64,000 nt of DNA. Origin: Hemiscyllium ocellatum. Its lineage: Eukaryota. The DNA lies in assembly GCF_020745735.1 (NCBI RefSeq), contig NC_083429.1:21619877-21683876 (forward strand). The letters are read 5' to 3'. How positions within the stretch are numbered: position 1 is the stretch's first letter; the number at the start of each line of letters is the position of its first letter. Shown one piece after another: positions 14,301-61,959 of the stretch. Position numbers and translations under genes: made by a program. The notes below the pieces were generated by a model. That model made no database searches and was not told the DNA's origin. It saw nothing but the letters and a program-made list of their open reading frames with translations.

Positions 14301-17300
14301 CGGGTTCTTATTGCTGCTTGTGACACTTTCCGAGCTGGAGCTGTAGAACAGCTTCGCACCCACACCCGCCGTCTGAGTACCCTGCACCCACCTGAGGAAC
14401 ACAATGGCCAGTCCATGGTCCAGCTGTTTGAAAGAGGATATGGGAAGGATGCTGCTGGCATTGCAATGGAGGCCATTGCTTTTGGTAATTTTAGAAAATT
14501 ATATGATGAGCCTTTTAAGTATGTCATTGTCTCTTTCTGGAGAAAGTGATGTATTCTAAAATGTGATCTCAAATATTTTTGTCCTTTCATGTGATTTAGT
14601 GAGTTATTCTGCCTTTTTAAATGTAAACGTAGACCCCTGTGACTGAGGGTGCATAAACTGCAATGTATACTGAAGCACAACTGGGATTGAGATCATTTTG
14701 AGGGAAATTTCAGACTCTTCATGTCTTTTTGTAGTTTCTACAAGTGTAGGGAAACCAGCAGATAGAAACAATCAGGTATTTTTCTCTGTATATTTGCCAG
14801 ATATCCGAGAGAATAAATGGCAAACTTTGTAGGAATTAGTTACCGCATCTCGGAGCAGCTAACTGTTGATCATTAACAAAACGCCTTAAAACTAGGTCCC
14901 TAAGCATCAGTCTTCGATACAACATCTACAAAGCCCCAAGTCAAAAATGCAATGGAAGATTTTCCACAACTGTCCCGCTGAACTTGGAAAAGCTTGGGTG
15001 AGGCGATGGCCTCATGGTATTATTACTAGACTATTAATCCAGAAGTCCAGGTACCTGATTATGAATCTTGTCATGGCAGATGGTGGAATATAGATTAGAT
15101 TAGATTCCCTACAGTATGGAATCAGGCCCTTCGGCCCAACAAGTCCACACCGACCCTCCGAAGAGTAGCCTACCCAGACCCATTCCCCATATTCACCCCT
15201 GACTATGGGCAATTCAGCATGACCAATTCACCTAACCTGCATATCTTTGGATTGTGGGAGGAAACCGGAGCACCCAGAGGAAATCCACACAGACACGGGG
15301 AGAATGTGCAAACTCCACACAGTCAGTTACCCAAGGCAGGGATCAAACCTGGGTCCCTGGAACTGTGAGGCATCAGTGCTAACCACTGAGCCACCATGCC
15401 GTCCTAAATGAAAATCTGGAATTATGAGGCTAATGATGGCCATGAAACTGTTGTCAGTTGTTTGAAAAACCCATCTGGTTCACTAATATCCTTTAAGGAA
15501 GGAAATTGCTTAATTTATCTGGACTGGTCTCCATGTGACTCCAGACCACAACAATGTGGTTCGCTCTAACTGCCCTGTAAGCAATTAGGGAGGAGCGATA
15601 AATGCTGGCCTTGCTAGTGACGTCCATATGCTGGAAATGAATAAAAAACTTGCCCAGGTGGGCAACAACACTCAAGGAGTTCAACCACCTTTGCTTTGTA
15701 TCTTATCCATGACCTCAGTCACTTTGTCCACCACCAGTGAACAGTGATAACAGTGTTAGCCGTCTACAAAACAAAACTGTGACTGTTACCACCCTGAGGA
15801 ACAGGGCAACAGACAACAGTGACCTGAAACTGCCAAATACCCTAACTTGGAATTATTTTGCTCTTCCTTTACTGTCACTGGATCAAAATCCTGACAAGAT
15901 TGTGGGCCACATGGATTGTAATGATTAAGAAAACAACTCGCTATCACCATCAGAGTGGTACGAGTGCTGAGTGGTTAGCACTGCTGCCTCACAGTGCCAG
16001 GGACCTGAGTTCAATTCCACCCTGAGATGAGTAGCTGTGTGAAGTTTGCACATTCTCCCTGTGTCTGTGTGGGTTTCCTCCAGGTGCTCCAGTTTTCTCC
16101 CACAGTCCAAAGATGTGCAGGTTCGGATGATTGACCATGCTTAATTGTCCAGGGATGTGCAGGCTGGGTGGATTAGCCATGGTGAATACGGAGCTTCACG
16201 GATAGGGTAGGGGGGTGGATCTGGGTGGGATCATTAAGTATAGTGGAGGCAGTACCAATTGAGGTGTTCAAAGAAACATTGGATGCTTATTTGAATAGAA
16301 GTGTGCTGTGCAGAGGATTGGTGTGGACCTAGTGGGCCAAATGGGATGCTTCCACACTCGAATGATTCAATGATCTATGATATTTAGATCAATTCGATCC
16401 TGTGAATTAATTGACCTCACTGTGTTAATTAATGAGGCTTTTCCAAGCTTGGGGATAGTGTAGTCCAATATGGGTATAAAAGCTGCAGAATCAGAATTGT
16501 GGCCAAGACAGCAAGCTGTTTCCTATCTGATTCTCCTTGCTGAAATGAGTCTGACTGCTTTACTGATGCTCACATTTATGGTATTTAGGGTAGTCACTGA
16601 AAATGTGTTGCTGGAAAAGCACAGCAAGTCAGGCAGCATCCAAGGAGCAGCAGAATCGATGTTTCGGGCATGAGCCCTTCAGGATTCCTGAAGAAGGGCT
16701 CATGCCCGAAACGTCGATTCTCCTGCTCCTTGGATGCTGCCTGACCTGCTGCACTTTTCCAGTAACACATTTTCAGCTCTGATCTCCAGCATCTGCAGTC
16801 CTCACTTTCTCCTATTTAGGGTAGTCCCCACAATAAGTATTTGCATTTTCAGATTTGAAAATAAAACACCCTCTGCTTGAGTCAGCTCTTCTGACATTTA
16901 TCTACAGTTGGGGCAAGATCCCTTGTGCTTGATTCAGTTTAAACTTCCAATGCCTAGTTCTGAATATTCAAGTTTGTGTACATTTCTTCCACAGCTCGAA
17001 ATCAGAGCTTTGATGTGGTGCTAGTGGACACTGCAGGCCGAATGCAGGACAACACCCCTTTGATGACTGCACTTGCCAAACTCATTGCCATTAATGTGCC
17101 AGATCTGGTGCTTTTTGTTGGTGAAGCATTGGTGGGGAATGAGGCAGTCGATCAATTGGTGAGTATCAGCTATTGCTTAGTAGTTCCAACTGTGTGTCAC
17201 ACTGCTGAAATTACCAACTCCTTTAATCTCTTGTGTGTGGATATTTGACATCTGGAGCAAACACCTCATGTTGTCCCATTTTGAGTCAGCCACACAGAAA

Positions 17301-20300
17301 GAGAACTCTATTGCTCTAACATCAGTATTCGGCAGAATGCTGGAGTCTGTTATAAATGGTGTGGTAGCAGGACAGTTAGAAAATAGCAAGAGATTACACA
17401 AAGTCAACATGGATTAATGAAAGAGAAACAATGTTTGATACTTATTGGAGTCATTTTGAGGACATAACTAGTATAATAAAAGAGGGAGAACGAATGGGTG
17501 TGTTTTTGGATTTACAGAAAGCTTCTGATGAAGTCCCACTTGAAGTAATTGTATAAAATCAAGACACATGGGATTGGTGTTAATCAGTTAGCAGGGATTG
17601 AGAATTGGTTAGACAAGAATAGTGGATAAACAGGTCTTGTTTTGATTGGAGGGCAGTGGCTGGTTGGGTTCCACAGGGATCAGTGCTTCCAACTAAGCTA
17701 TCTGCAATATATGTCAATGATTTGGATGGAGGAATCATGTGCAATCTTTCCAAGTTTGCTAAAAACCAGCTTGACTCAACTAGATGGGATTAAGAGTGGT
17801 GAGGAAGAAATAAAGAGCCTTCAGGGTGTTTTAGACAAGTTAAGTGAGTGAGCTAATTCATGGCAGACTTGGTGTAATGTGGATTATTGTGAAGTTATCC
17901 ACTTCAGTAGGACAAACAACGGCACTTTATTATTTAAATAGCGATTGTTCTGGAAATGTTGATGTACAAGGGACCTTGTGTTACCAGTCACTGAAAGCAA
18001 GCACGCAGATGCAGCAAACAGGCAGATGCAGCAAACAGTTAGGAAGGCAAATGTCTTCTTTGCAAGAGGATTTGAATACAGGAGCAAGGAAGTCTTATCG
18101 CAGCTATATAGAGTCTTGGTGAGATTGCACCTGGAGTATTGTGTACAGTTTTAGTCTGTTTACCTAAGAAAGGACATATTTACCATTGAGGGAGAGCAAC
18201 AGAGGTCCACTATGCTGATTCCTGCAAAGACAATTGTTGTATGAGGAGAGATTGGGTTGACTAAAATTTAGAAGATTGAGGAAGAATCTTATTGAAACAT
18301 ACAAAAATTCTGGTACTGTTCTGGAATAAGGATCACAATTTTGGGATAGAGGGTAGGCCATTTTCTGACGGAGATGAAGAAAGGGTGGTGAACCAATGGA
18401 ATTCTCTATCCCAGAAGACTGGAGGCCAATTCAAGGAATATATTGAAGAAATAAATTATTAGAGACTAAGAGCATCAAAGGGTATGGAAAGAGAACGGGA
18501 GTATGGTGTGGATAAGAGAATCCGACATGATCATGTGGAATGGCAGAGTAGGACCAGAGGGCTGAATGGCTTGTTTCTCCTATTCTCTATGTTTCTGCAC
18601 ATAGAGGGAAAATGGTCACCAGTAGAGGGATGGGGAAGAGGAGAGAATGAGAATGTTTGAAAACAAGTGGAAGGCAGGAGTGATTTAAAAAATATGGTTG
18701 TCAAAGCAAAAGGGCATGTGATTACAGAACACTTCAAACAAAAACCTGGTCAAGAACAACTGCTGAGAGAGGTTTTTGACATCATTGGCATTCATTTGTA
18801 GTAATGGACAAAGTTCAATTTGCAGTTTTGCCTAGGTGCCTGTAAGTGACTGTGCACAGGCAGCTGTTTTGGCTTTGCAGCAACTGGAGATGACATGCTT
18901 TAAGGAAAATAAGGAACAACAAGTTTTTCTAATCCACCTTTTGATCATGCACCTTGAATGTACACTTGCTATATTTGGATGGCTATATTTGAGATACAAT
19001 CAAGTGATAACTATGCAGCAGGCTTACTGGCCATACTTGTGGTACTTAGGGGTCATTTACCTGATGCATAGCGATGTTGGGTAATCTTGTCTTCCCTCAT
19101 TCTCTTTAGTTGGGCCACAGTGAATCTGTTCTGATATGCTGAATAGTGTGTATGGCGTTAATCCTGATGACTGCACTTGACCAGGCCTGTTACACACCTG
19201 GTTGCTGTAACAGGTAATCGTCATAACCTCATTGGGCAGCTTCATGTGCATTTGGCTGTCTTCAAATTCTAGGCTGGATGCTGCACTGAACTTGCTCACA
19301 CTTTTCCTCATTGAACATTTAAGTGTGATACATGTAATTCAGCATCTTTGCTTAAACTACCAATAACAGCCTGGTACCAAGTGCTACTATACCTCCATGC
19401 TCTTTCCACTACTGTTTTACCTGTTTATGATTGACAGACCTGACCCTTTCAGTTCTGTATGCCAATATGATAGTGACTGGCCCAGTGTTAGTGACATACA
19501 TAGCTAATGTTAGTTTATGGTAGTGCTACTATCTCAATGTTCTCTCTAGGCACAATTCCAGCTTGGTAGAATCACAATGAAAACAAGTTCACATGCTTTA
19601 CTGAAATCCCGGCAATATTCCTGCATTGAGGGGTTGTGATCTGTACTGAATCTTCTCCCACTCTCTTTTCTCCCCCCTCCCCCCAGGTCAAGTTTAACCA
19701 GGCTCTGGCTGACCATTCAATGGCTGAGAAACCACGGCTGATCGATGGCATTGTACTGACTAAATTTGATACAATTGACGACAAGGTAATAATCGTGAAC
19801 CAATGATAATTTTAAGTAACCTGACGAGAATCACAGAATCCCTACAGCATGGAAACACGCATGTTGGCCCAACAAGTCCACACTGATCCTCCGAAGAGTA
19901 ACCCACCCAGACTCATTGCCCCACCCTATATTTGCCCCTAATACACCTGACCTAAACATCCCTGAACACTATGGGCAATTTAGCACAGCCAGTTCACCTA
20001 AGCTGCACATCTTTGGACTATGGGAGGAGCACCTGGAGGAAATCCATGCAGACACAGGGAGAATGTGCAAATTCCACATAGGCAGTTGCCCAAGGCTGGA
20101 TTTGAACTGGGGCCCCTGGCACTATGAGGTAGCAATGCTAACCACTGAGCCACTGTGCCGAATGTGGTACACCTGCAGTGAGATTTAGCCAAGTTCTTTG
20201 TTCACTTTTAAATCTGCAAATGCCTCACCATGATCTTTTGTAAATGTAAATCGAAATTTCTCAACTGATTTTTATTCAGTATGGAAGCAGGCCATTCAGC

Positions 20301-23300
20301 CCATCAAGTCCAGACTGACCCTCCGAAGAGCAGAGTCAACAGCGTGGTGCTGGAAAAGCATAGCCGGTCAGGCAGCATCTGAGGAGCAGGACAGTCAACT
20401 ATTCGAGCATAAGCTCTTTGTGCTGAAGAGCTTATGTTCAGAACATTGACTCTCCTGACCCCAGATGCTGCCTGACCAGCTGTGCTTTTCCAGCACCACA
20501 CCTTTTGACTCAGATCTCCAAGCAACTGCAGTCCTCACTTTCTCCAAAGAACATCCCACCCAGACCAACCCCTCTACCCTATTTCTGTAACTTGCATTTC
20601 CCATTGCCAATCCACCTAGTTTGTTAATCCCTGGACAGTATGGGCAATTTAATGTGGCCAATTCACCAAACCTGCACATCCTTGGACTGTGGGAGGAAAC
20701 GGAACACCCAGAGGAAACCCATGCAGACTGAAGGAGAACGTGCAATCTCCACAGAGACAGTTGCCTGAGAGTGGAATCAACCCCGGGTCCCTGGTGCTGA
20801 GAGGCAGCAGTGCTTACCACTGAGTCACCATGCTGCTCAAATTCATGCTGATTGGTGTGGGTCTACCTGGACATTGTAAGTACAAGAGATGCAGATTTAG
20901 TCTTTCCACCTAGTTCAGTCCTTCTGCTCCTAAAACTCTAGAAAGCCGACATGGCATGTTCTCTGCAATCCAGGCCAGGTATGAAAGGTTTTCTGAGCTC
21001 AAAATTTGTTGCTGGTTAAAGCACAGCAGGTCAGGCAGCATCCAAGGAACAGGAAATTCGATGTTTCGGGCCAGAGCCCTTCATCAGGTTTTCTATCAGA
21101 TCTCTTATTCAACTTACAGCTTGAGTAAAAAATAAAACCATTAATCTCAGGTTTCTAATGCTTCTAAATTGGAATCAAGAAATTTATTATTTGGCTGTTT
21201 TTAATCGTTCTACATCTCAGCAAGACTACAGAAAGTCTGTAAACACACTAACTATTGAACCAATATTTCATATTGCTGCTTAAATAGGGTCAGAAATTTA
21301 AACTGCTAATTTATAACTTGGCTTTGGAAAGCTGTATTTCTTTTTGTTGTAACATTTCACATGTGGTCCTCGGAGCTGTCATAAAATAAATGAACCAAAG
21401 AGAAGGTTCGAAACCTCTGCTGTGAAGACAATATTGCAGTTTGTGGCTGAGTTCTCAAATCTCATCCATACTGTTCTTGATTCATTATATTTACCAATGG
21501 TTAGAGTGAGAGTAAATGATCTAAATTAACAGGAAGAGGCCATTTAGTTAGTCATGTTTGTTTTATCATTCAGTGAGACCGTTATTGATCTCTAACCCAT
21601 GTTCTTCATATTCCTGCCTTTGACACTTCCTTTGTGAACAAAATTTAACAATCTCAGTTCAACATCAGCTGTGATTTGTGAAAAATCATTCCAAATTGTT
21701 CAGGCAAAGTATTTGCTGACGTAACTCCTGAAAGGATTAGCTTTGATTTTTACATTGTGTCCCCTCCCACACATTCCTAACCTCTGCAGACTTGCAGAAA
21801 TGACTTCTCTTTCTCCCCATGTCACCTGTTGACTTTCTAAATTTCAGTGAATATAACTCCAGTTTTATTTGTTAATTTCACACCTGAAAGGAAACCTCTG
21901 GTTTCACAGTGTAAATCACCCTTTCCCCCAACCAGTCGTCTTGTCCTCAATTTGCAGAAAGTTTTTCTCTACATACCCTCTTTCCCCTTAATAATTTGAA
22001 AACTGGTCTATATTTCAATGAATACTTTGAAGATGCTGCTTCTTTACAAGGTAATGTTATTTTGGCTTTTTTTTTCCAGAGGTCGTAAAAGACATGACTC
22101 CGAGAAGTCTGTGGTTGAAAGGTTTTAGGGCTAATTTGATAATAGCTGACAGATACTGCCTAAGGCAAAAGGCTTTTAAGTTTAAAAAAATATTTCTACA
22201 ACGAAAGGAGGGTGGCCAGTTCTCCCAGCTCAACTTTTCTCTGGTTTGGTTAGCAAGCAGTAGTTGAGAATGCTGTTAGACTCCAAGAAGCAGGTCTATG
22301 CTGATCTCTGTCTGATTTCTCGTCTGTTTTAATTTTTCCTTTTGTGCCAAGGGATGTTTATGGGGATTGGTGTAAGTATCTGGAACAGCATCATTACTTT
22401 GGGATGGTCTGTTGGGTTTTCGGATAGGTTACATTATTCTGTCTTCTGTTCTCTTTTGTTTGTGTTTCATTCGGTAACCTCGTAAATAAATTATTTGTTT
22501 AAAACTAAGCGGTTTGACCAACTGCATCCCTCCTGGAATATCCACATCATACCTGCTTACAACAACGACAAAGAAAGAGTTGGGCCACTTTCTTAATGTT
22601 CTGAGGGGTCTGGCCTGTTCCATAACAATACAATCCTGGTTTATTTAATCTCTCCTTATAATTTAACTCTTGGAATCTAAATGTCTTTCAAGTGAATCCA
22701 AGCTGTGTAGCTCCAGAACAGTTTGTTGTTCCTTAGAACTACACACAGGTGTGCTCTAGATAGTTTAGTTTAGTATCAACCTGATCAGACATATTGTGAT
22801 CCACCTCTGGAGCAGGTGTGTATTGAATCCAGGCCTTATGCCTCAGAAGGGGAAGAAGTGTCAAATAACTTTTGTGGCATATCAAGTCCTACAGTGGAGT
22901 TTGAACTCACTACCTTCTGACCCAGAGGTGGTAATATTATCACCTGATCCAGAAAGAGCATGTAGCTGTGCTGTATCCAGGGCTGTAGCATAACCGCCAT
23001 ACTTGAATCCTGTCTATCAAGACTAATATTCCATTAGCCTTTTAGATTGTTTAAAACATCACGAAGAGGCACAGAAACTATGTACATGGATTTCCAATTC
23101 TCTTTGGACTTCCATTGTTCTAGCTTTTTACTATTTAGAAAGTACATTGTTTTGTCAACTTAAGTCCAAAGTGGATAACCTCACATTTGCCTACATTAAA
23201 ATCCATTGAGCATAATGTCCATAACTCATCTGATACCTCCAACCACCAGTGCCAGACTACTACTATGTGCTACAGTTGTACCCATTCTCTTGTCTCTTCA

Positions 23301-23468
23301 GTTGAGCTCCAAGGTTAACAGACTCTTCTGTTGTTTCAGGTTGGTGCTGCCATTTCTATGACCTACATCACTGGCCAGCCAATAGTCTTCGTTGGAACTG
23401 GACAGACCTACAATGACTTACGCAGCCTTAATGCCAAGGCTGTCGTCAGTGCTCTAATGAAGGCTTAA
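5168..23468 (+). CDS. SRPRA: Signal recognition particle receptor subunit alpha, 3' part (10 coding exons: 5168-5336, 5842-5998, 7887-7996, 8145-8266, 8414-8500, 11092-11264, 14271-14484, 16995-17158, 19687-19785, 23340-23468); 5' exons not found, presumably upstream of the window
   Basis: All introns are GT-AG and phases are consistent (1/2/0/2/1/1/0/1/0/0). The spliced protein contains the SRP-GTPase motifs [40 protein letters not shown] and GTGQTY, and ends [13 protein letters not shown] (TAA 23466-23468), matching vertebrate SRPRA. Confidence 0.97.
5842..5998 (+). CDS. SRPRA: SRPRA exon ([18 protein letters not shown]...DLDYS...)
   Basis: RVW and LDYS motifs of the SRPRA linker; CAGCAG acceptor, ATG|GTATGT donor. 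Confidence 0.9.
6746..6850. mobile_element. Short PLE-derived element with a degenerate hammerhead on the - strand
   Basis: 11-bp TSD TCTAGTGGAAG (6735-6745 / 6851-6861); the - strand reads CTGATGAAGGGCTTATGCTCAAAACATC. Confidence 0.7.
7360..7800 (-). mobile_element. CR1 LINE 3' fragment
   Basis: ORF 7497-7781: [17 protein letters not shown]...[11 protein letters not shown], the typical CR1 ORF2 C-terminus. Confidence 0.85.
7887..7996 (+). CDS. SRPRA: SRPRA acidic linker exon ([28 protein letters not shown]...)
   Basis: TTGCAG acceptor, GG|GTAAGT donor, phase-consistent. Confidence 0.88.
8145..8266 (+). CDS. SRPRA: SRPRA exon ([16 protein letters not shown]...MKDHLI)
   Basis: Close match to the start of the SRPRA N domain; canonical splice sites. 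Confidence 0.95.
8414..8500 (+). CDS. SRPRA: SRPRA exon ([29 protein letters not shown])
   Basis: Translated by hand (absent from the ORF track); CTCCAG acceptor, GTAAGT donor. Confidence 0.95.
9517..9863. mobile_element. Palindromic Penelope-like element end (inverted pLTR pair) with hammerhead motifs
   Basis: Inverted arms centred near 9705; 8-bp TSD TAGCTGAT (9509-9516 / 9864-9871); TCA-CTGAAGA...GAC-GAAA-TGTC-TGA at 9782-9821; related to 59647-60373. Confidence 0.8.
10206..10419. mobile_element. Tc1/mariner (Tigger/pogo-like) MITE
   Basis: TA dinucleotides on both sides; imperfect 22-bp TIRs (left CAGGTCATTCTGCTATAATGCG, right reverse complement CAGATAGTTCTTCCATAACACG); no ORF. Confidence 0.75.
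10730..11021 (+). mobile_element. tRNA-derived SINE (HE1/V-SINE type)
   Basis: A/B boxes TGGCTCAGTGG and GGTTCGATTCC, V-domain TTTGCACATTCTC..GTCTGCGTGGGTTTC, AATCT tail. Confidence 0.85.
11092..11264 (+). CDS. SRPRA: SRPRA exon with P-loop (GVNGVGKST)
   Basis: G1 motif; canonical splice sites. Confidence 0.97.
11658..11803 (+). mobile_element. Short PLE-derived element with hammerhead motif, nested in an older repeat (about 11518-12090)
   Basis: CTGATGA-A-GGGC-TTAT-GCCC-GAAA-TGTC at 11679-11706; family 3' end CTGCAGTCCTCACTTTCTCC. Confidence 0.75.
12378..13285 (+). mobile_element. Old CR1 LINE 3' fragment
   Basis: Degraded RT-to-3' end sequence similar to other CR1 copies in the window. 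Confidence 0.6.
14271..14484 (+). CDS. SRPRA: SRPRA exon ([10 protein letters not shown]...[11 protein letters not shown]...MEAIAF)
   Basis: DTFRAGA motif; canonical splice sites. Confidence 0.97.
14999..15645 (+). mobile_element. tRNA-headed SINE interrupted by a - strand HE1 SINE (15091-15404)
   Basis: GGCGATGGCCT..TGGTATT head, body AAAAACCCATCTGGTTCACTAAT, tail ATAAATGCTGGCC...GAATAAAAA; the nested HE1 has a (TAGAT)n tail at 15091. Confidence 0.7.
15965..16376 (+). mobile_element. HE1/V-SINE copy with an embedded CR1-like segment
   Basis: GTGGTTAGCACTGCTGCCTCACAG head and V-domain. Confidence 0.75.
16596..16812. mobile_element. Palindromic short PLE-derived element with hammerhead ribozyme motif
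   Basis: 14-bp TSD TATTTAGGGTAGTC (16582-16595 / 16813-16826); inverted arms meet near 16684; CTGAAGA-A-GGGC-TCAT-GCCC-GAAA-CGTC at 16688-16715. Confidence 0.88.
16995..17158 (+). CDS. SRPRA: SRPRA exon ([14 protein letters not shown]...GNEAVDQL)
   Basis: G3 DTAG motif; canonical splice sites. Confidence 0.97.
17320..18595 (+). mobile_element. Decayed CR1 LINE RT/3' region
   Basis: QHG, DFQKA-like, PQGSVL and HLEYCVQF motifs and a CR1 tail. Confidence 0.75.
19687..19785 (+). CDS. SRPRA: SRPRA exon ([11 protein letters not shown]...[10 protein letters not shown])
   Basis: G4 TKFD motif; canonical splice sites. Confidence 0.96.
19826..20836 (-). mobile_element. Two HE1/V-SINE copies (19826-20160; 20277-20836), the second interrupted by a short palindromic PLE-derived element (about 20341-20545)
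   Basis: V-domain and tRNA heads on the - strand; the insert is flanked by CTCCGAAGAGCA / CTCCAAAGAACA. Confidence 0.8.
20995..21088 (-). mobile_element. About 90-bp PLE-derived insert with a hammerhead motif on the - strand
   Basis: The - strand reads CTGATGA-A-GGGC-TCTG-GCCC-GAAA-CATC-GAATT; flanking repeat AGGTTTTCT (20986-20994 / 21086-21094). Confidence 0.75.
22026..22627 (+). mobile_element. Solo LTR
   Basis: Ends CATAACA; 4-bp TSD ATAC (22022-22025 / 22628-22631); internal AATAAA; similar to 58681-59222. Confidence 0.75.
23340..23468 (+). CDS. SRPRA: SRPRA last coding exon ([24 protein letters not shown]...ALMKA*)
   Basis: G5 GTGQ motif; stop TAA. Confidence 0.96.
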   Translation, partial: VGAAISMTYITGQPIVFVGTGQTYNDLRSLNAKAVVSALMKA

Positions 23469-23744
23469 GTCCCTGCTTTTCACTATTGTCTTAATGCAGC
23501 ATAACTGCCACTGGATTACCCTTTTCCAGCCCATCACTGATTTTTCCCTGCATATTGAAGGATTGCTGAATACATTATGACACCATTTATTCAAATGCAA
23601 CACTTCAGCATCAGTGTGCTGCAATTCCTTTCCAACTTGCTCTTTTTAAAAAAAAATGGATGCACAGCAAAGTCTACCACCACATCACTGAAAAGAGATC
23701 TACTGCTTTCCTTTTGTAAAAACCCATGTCTTTTAACCTAGTGC

Positions 23745-23807
23745 AATAAACTTCAGTACTGGCTGCCTGTGAATTAGAGAACTTGTAAAGAGAATTTATT
23801 AAATAAA
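23745..23807 (+). terminator. Candidate SRPRA polyadenylation signals (AATAAA 23745-23750 and 23802-23807)
   Basis: Canonical hexamers 280-340 nt after the stop; the second is followed by a GT/T-rich tract (about 23826-23854). Confidence 0.7.
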
Positions 23808-23984
23808 GCTGCTATCATTGTCAGCTGTGGCATTGTCAGTTGTTGTCTTTTTTTAATAGATTTCCTGTTTATGTGGATTTAAACGGTGCCAGTATTTTCT
23901 GTACACTGGAAAATATTATTTTATTCAGCACCAGATTGAGAAGATTTACTTGAATACTATAATTAAAATAGGTGGCAGAAGCAT

Positions 23985-25410
23985 TCCCATACAGCCCAAT
24001 TGACCTCTGGCCCTGGGATTTATCAATCTTAATGTTTGCCAAAATTTCCTGCACATCGACCTCCTCAATCTCTATCAGTTCAAGCCTGTTTCCTTGCTCC
24101 TCAAAGTTCTCATTCACAACAAGGTCCCTTTCCTTAGTGAAAATCGAAACAAAAACACTCATTTAGGGCTTACGCATCTACTCAGACTCCACGCACAATT
24201 TCATATGCAATCCCTGATCAGTCCTAACTTCTTCCTGCTCATTCTTGTATTCCTCACGTATGAGTAAAATGCCTTTGGGTTCTCCCTAATCCTTCCTGCC
24301 AAACCCTTTTTGTGCCCCCTCCTGGCTCTCCTCAGTCCATTTTGATCTCCTTCCTAGCAAGGCTGTAATCCTCTAAAGCTGTGTGTGACCCTTGCATCCT
24401 CCACCTTATGAAAGCTGCTGCCTTCCTTTTGACAAGAAGCTCCTCTGTTCTAGTCATCCAAGACTCCTTAATCTTATCCCTTCTTGCCTGTCTCGGAGGA
24501 ACAAGTTTATGCATCACTTGCAACAACTGCACCTCAAACAGTCTCCACACGTCTTGTGCCCTTTCTGTGGAACAATTGCTCCCAATCTATACTTCCCAAC
24601 TCCTGTCTGATAGTGTCATAATTTCCTTTTCCCCAATTAAATATTTTCCCATGGTAACTGCTCCTTTCTCTCTCCATGGCTATGGTAAATGTGAGGCAGT
24701 TGTGATCACTGCCATCAGTGTTCTTGTAGTGTGAAATCTGACACCTGCCCTGGCTCATTACCAAGCACCAAATCCAAAATGGCCTCTCCCCTCGTCAGCT
24801 TGTCTACATGTTCAGTAAGGAAACTCTCCTAAGCACACCTGACAACTGCTTCATCCAAACCATCTGCACTAAGAAGTTTCCAATCAATATTGGGACAGTT
24901 GAAGTCACCCATAACAACCCTGCTACGTTTACATTTTTTCCAATGAGTTATTAGATTTATATTAGATTCCCTACAGTATGGAAACAAGCCTTTCAGCCCA
25001 ACAACTCCACACCAACCCTCCGAAGAGTAACCCACCCAGACCCATTTCCCTCTGACTAATGCACCTAACACTATGAGCAATTTAGCATAGCCAATTCACC
25101 TGACTTGCACATCTTTGGACTGTGGGAGGAAACCCACACAAACATTGGGAGAATTTCTGTGTGGAGTTTGCACAGTCACCTGAGGCTGGAACCTAACCTG
25201 GGACCCTGGTGCTGTGAGGCAGCAGTGCTAACCACTGAGCAACCGTGCCACCCCTTTGATTTCCGTACTGTTGTTATTTGGGGGGGAATCTGTTGAAGAC
25301 CCCCACTGAGGTGACTACTTCCTTGCTGTTCCTAACTTCCACCCGTACTGACTTAGTACACAAACCTGTCTCGACAACCTTCATTTCTGTAGCTGTGATG
25401 CACTCTCTGG
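23985..25410 (-). mobile_element. CR1 LINE fragment (endonuclease-tether region) with nested HE1 SINE (24951-25254)
   Basis: VVMGDFNCPNIDW, GSDHNCLTF and FVSIFTKE motifs in - strand ORFs. Confidence 0.85.
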
Positions 25411-25978
25411 ATGAGCGATGCTATATGTTCTGATTCCACTCAAGTTAACTTTAGTCAGCTAAAAAGCTCTCCTCAATTCATTAACCACTCTGCTACTACC
25501 AAGAAAATATTATTTTGATCATTGCCATCAATATTTGTTTAAAAGTATTCCTTTAACATTCCAACTTAGTTCCTTGTTGCCTGTGAAGGTACATCACCAA
25601 CTACTCACAAAAGTAGGATCAATTACAATATTGGGAAACTTAAAAAACCCAGCTTCTCTTGGTCTCCTAGTGATCTGTATTTTGGAAAGAAGTTTAGTTG
25701 AGGATTTTGGGACACCATTTGTATCAAGTAATTGTCTCATTGTAGCTAATAGGCCTGAGATGTGATCAAGTACCCACCAGTATAGAATAGAGAGCAGCAG
25801 CTGGGCATAATGGTGTATTCCAAACCAAATCCTTCTCTAGTCCACTGGAAGAAAGTAATGAAGGAGGCCTCTGTGTTCTATAACAGCCATTACTGCTCAT
25901 AACTAAAAAACTGCAGTCCTGACCTTCATGCTTAATAAGTGTAGATACGTCTACTCGGCTCATCCTTGAATCTTGAGT

Positions 25979-61336
<35,358 letters not shown>

Positions 61337-61959
61337 TCAGCTTCTGGGACATAGAGAAACTCTAAAGTTAGAAGTTAGATAATGTTTCAAAAATAAGGAA
61401 TGATGCTGAAACTTATGGGAGTCAACAAATTTAACTTGTAAATATAAATAGTTTGAGTGCTTCTAAAATCATTCAGGCATAATATTAGAGCTTCTGCTAC
61501 TCCAGCCACCTCCTTGATGACTCACTGCAAGTTATTTTGAGGTTTCAGCACAGATATAGTTAAATGCAGATATCACACAGGCGGATCCTTGGCTATTTTC
61601 CAAGTGGTAATGCTGACTGATCAAATGGTCTTTTAGATTGCAAAATACTCAAAGCTTGAAAATAAAACTATGCCAGAGTGTAACAGCAAAGCTGCTTCAA
61701 GTCTTACAGGCTTTATGACAGAATAATATTAAAACAGAAATAAGGTTCAAGATTACACACCAGGCAGCTCCTTGCTGGGAGGGATGGAAAGAATAGGTAG
61801 TCATCACCAAAAGATGCTTATGCACTTTCCCTAAAGCCAGATTCAGGTCTCAGCCAAAACATACTGTGTGGTTCAGGGACAGAAAAAGAATCATGAAAAT
61901 GGAACTTTAATTAAGAATGATGGAAAACCATGTTGATAATGCAGAGTCAGAATGCTATA

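Noticed and set aside
14249-14680. 143-aa antisense ORF over an SRPRA exon
   Set aside because: Shadow frame of the real exon; no independent support.
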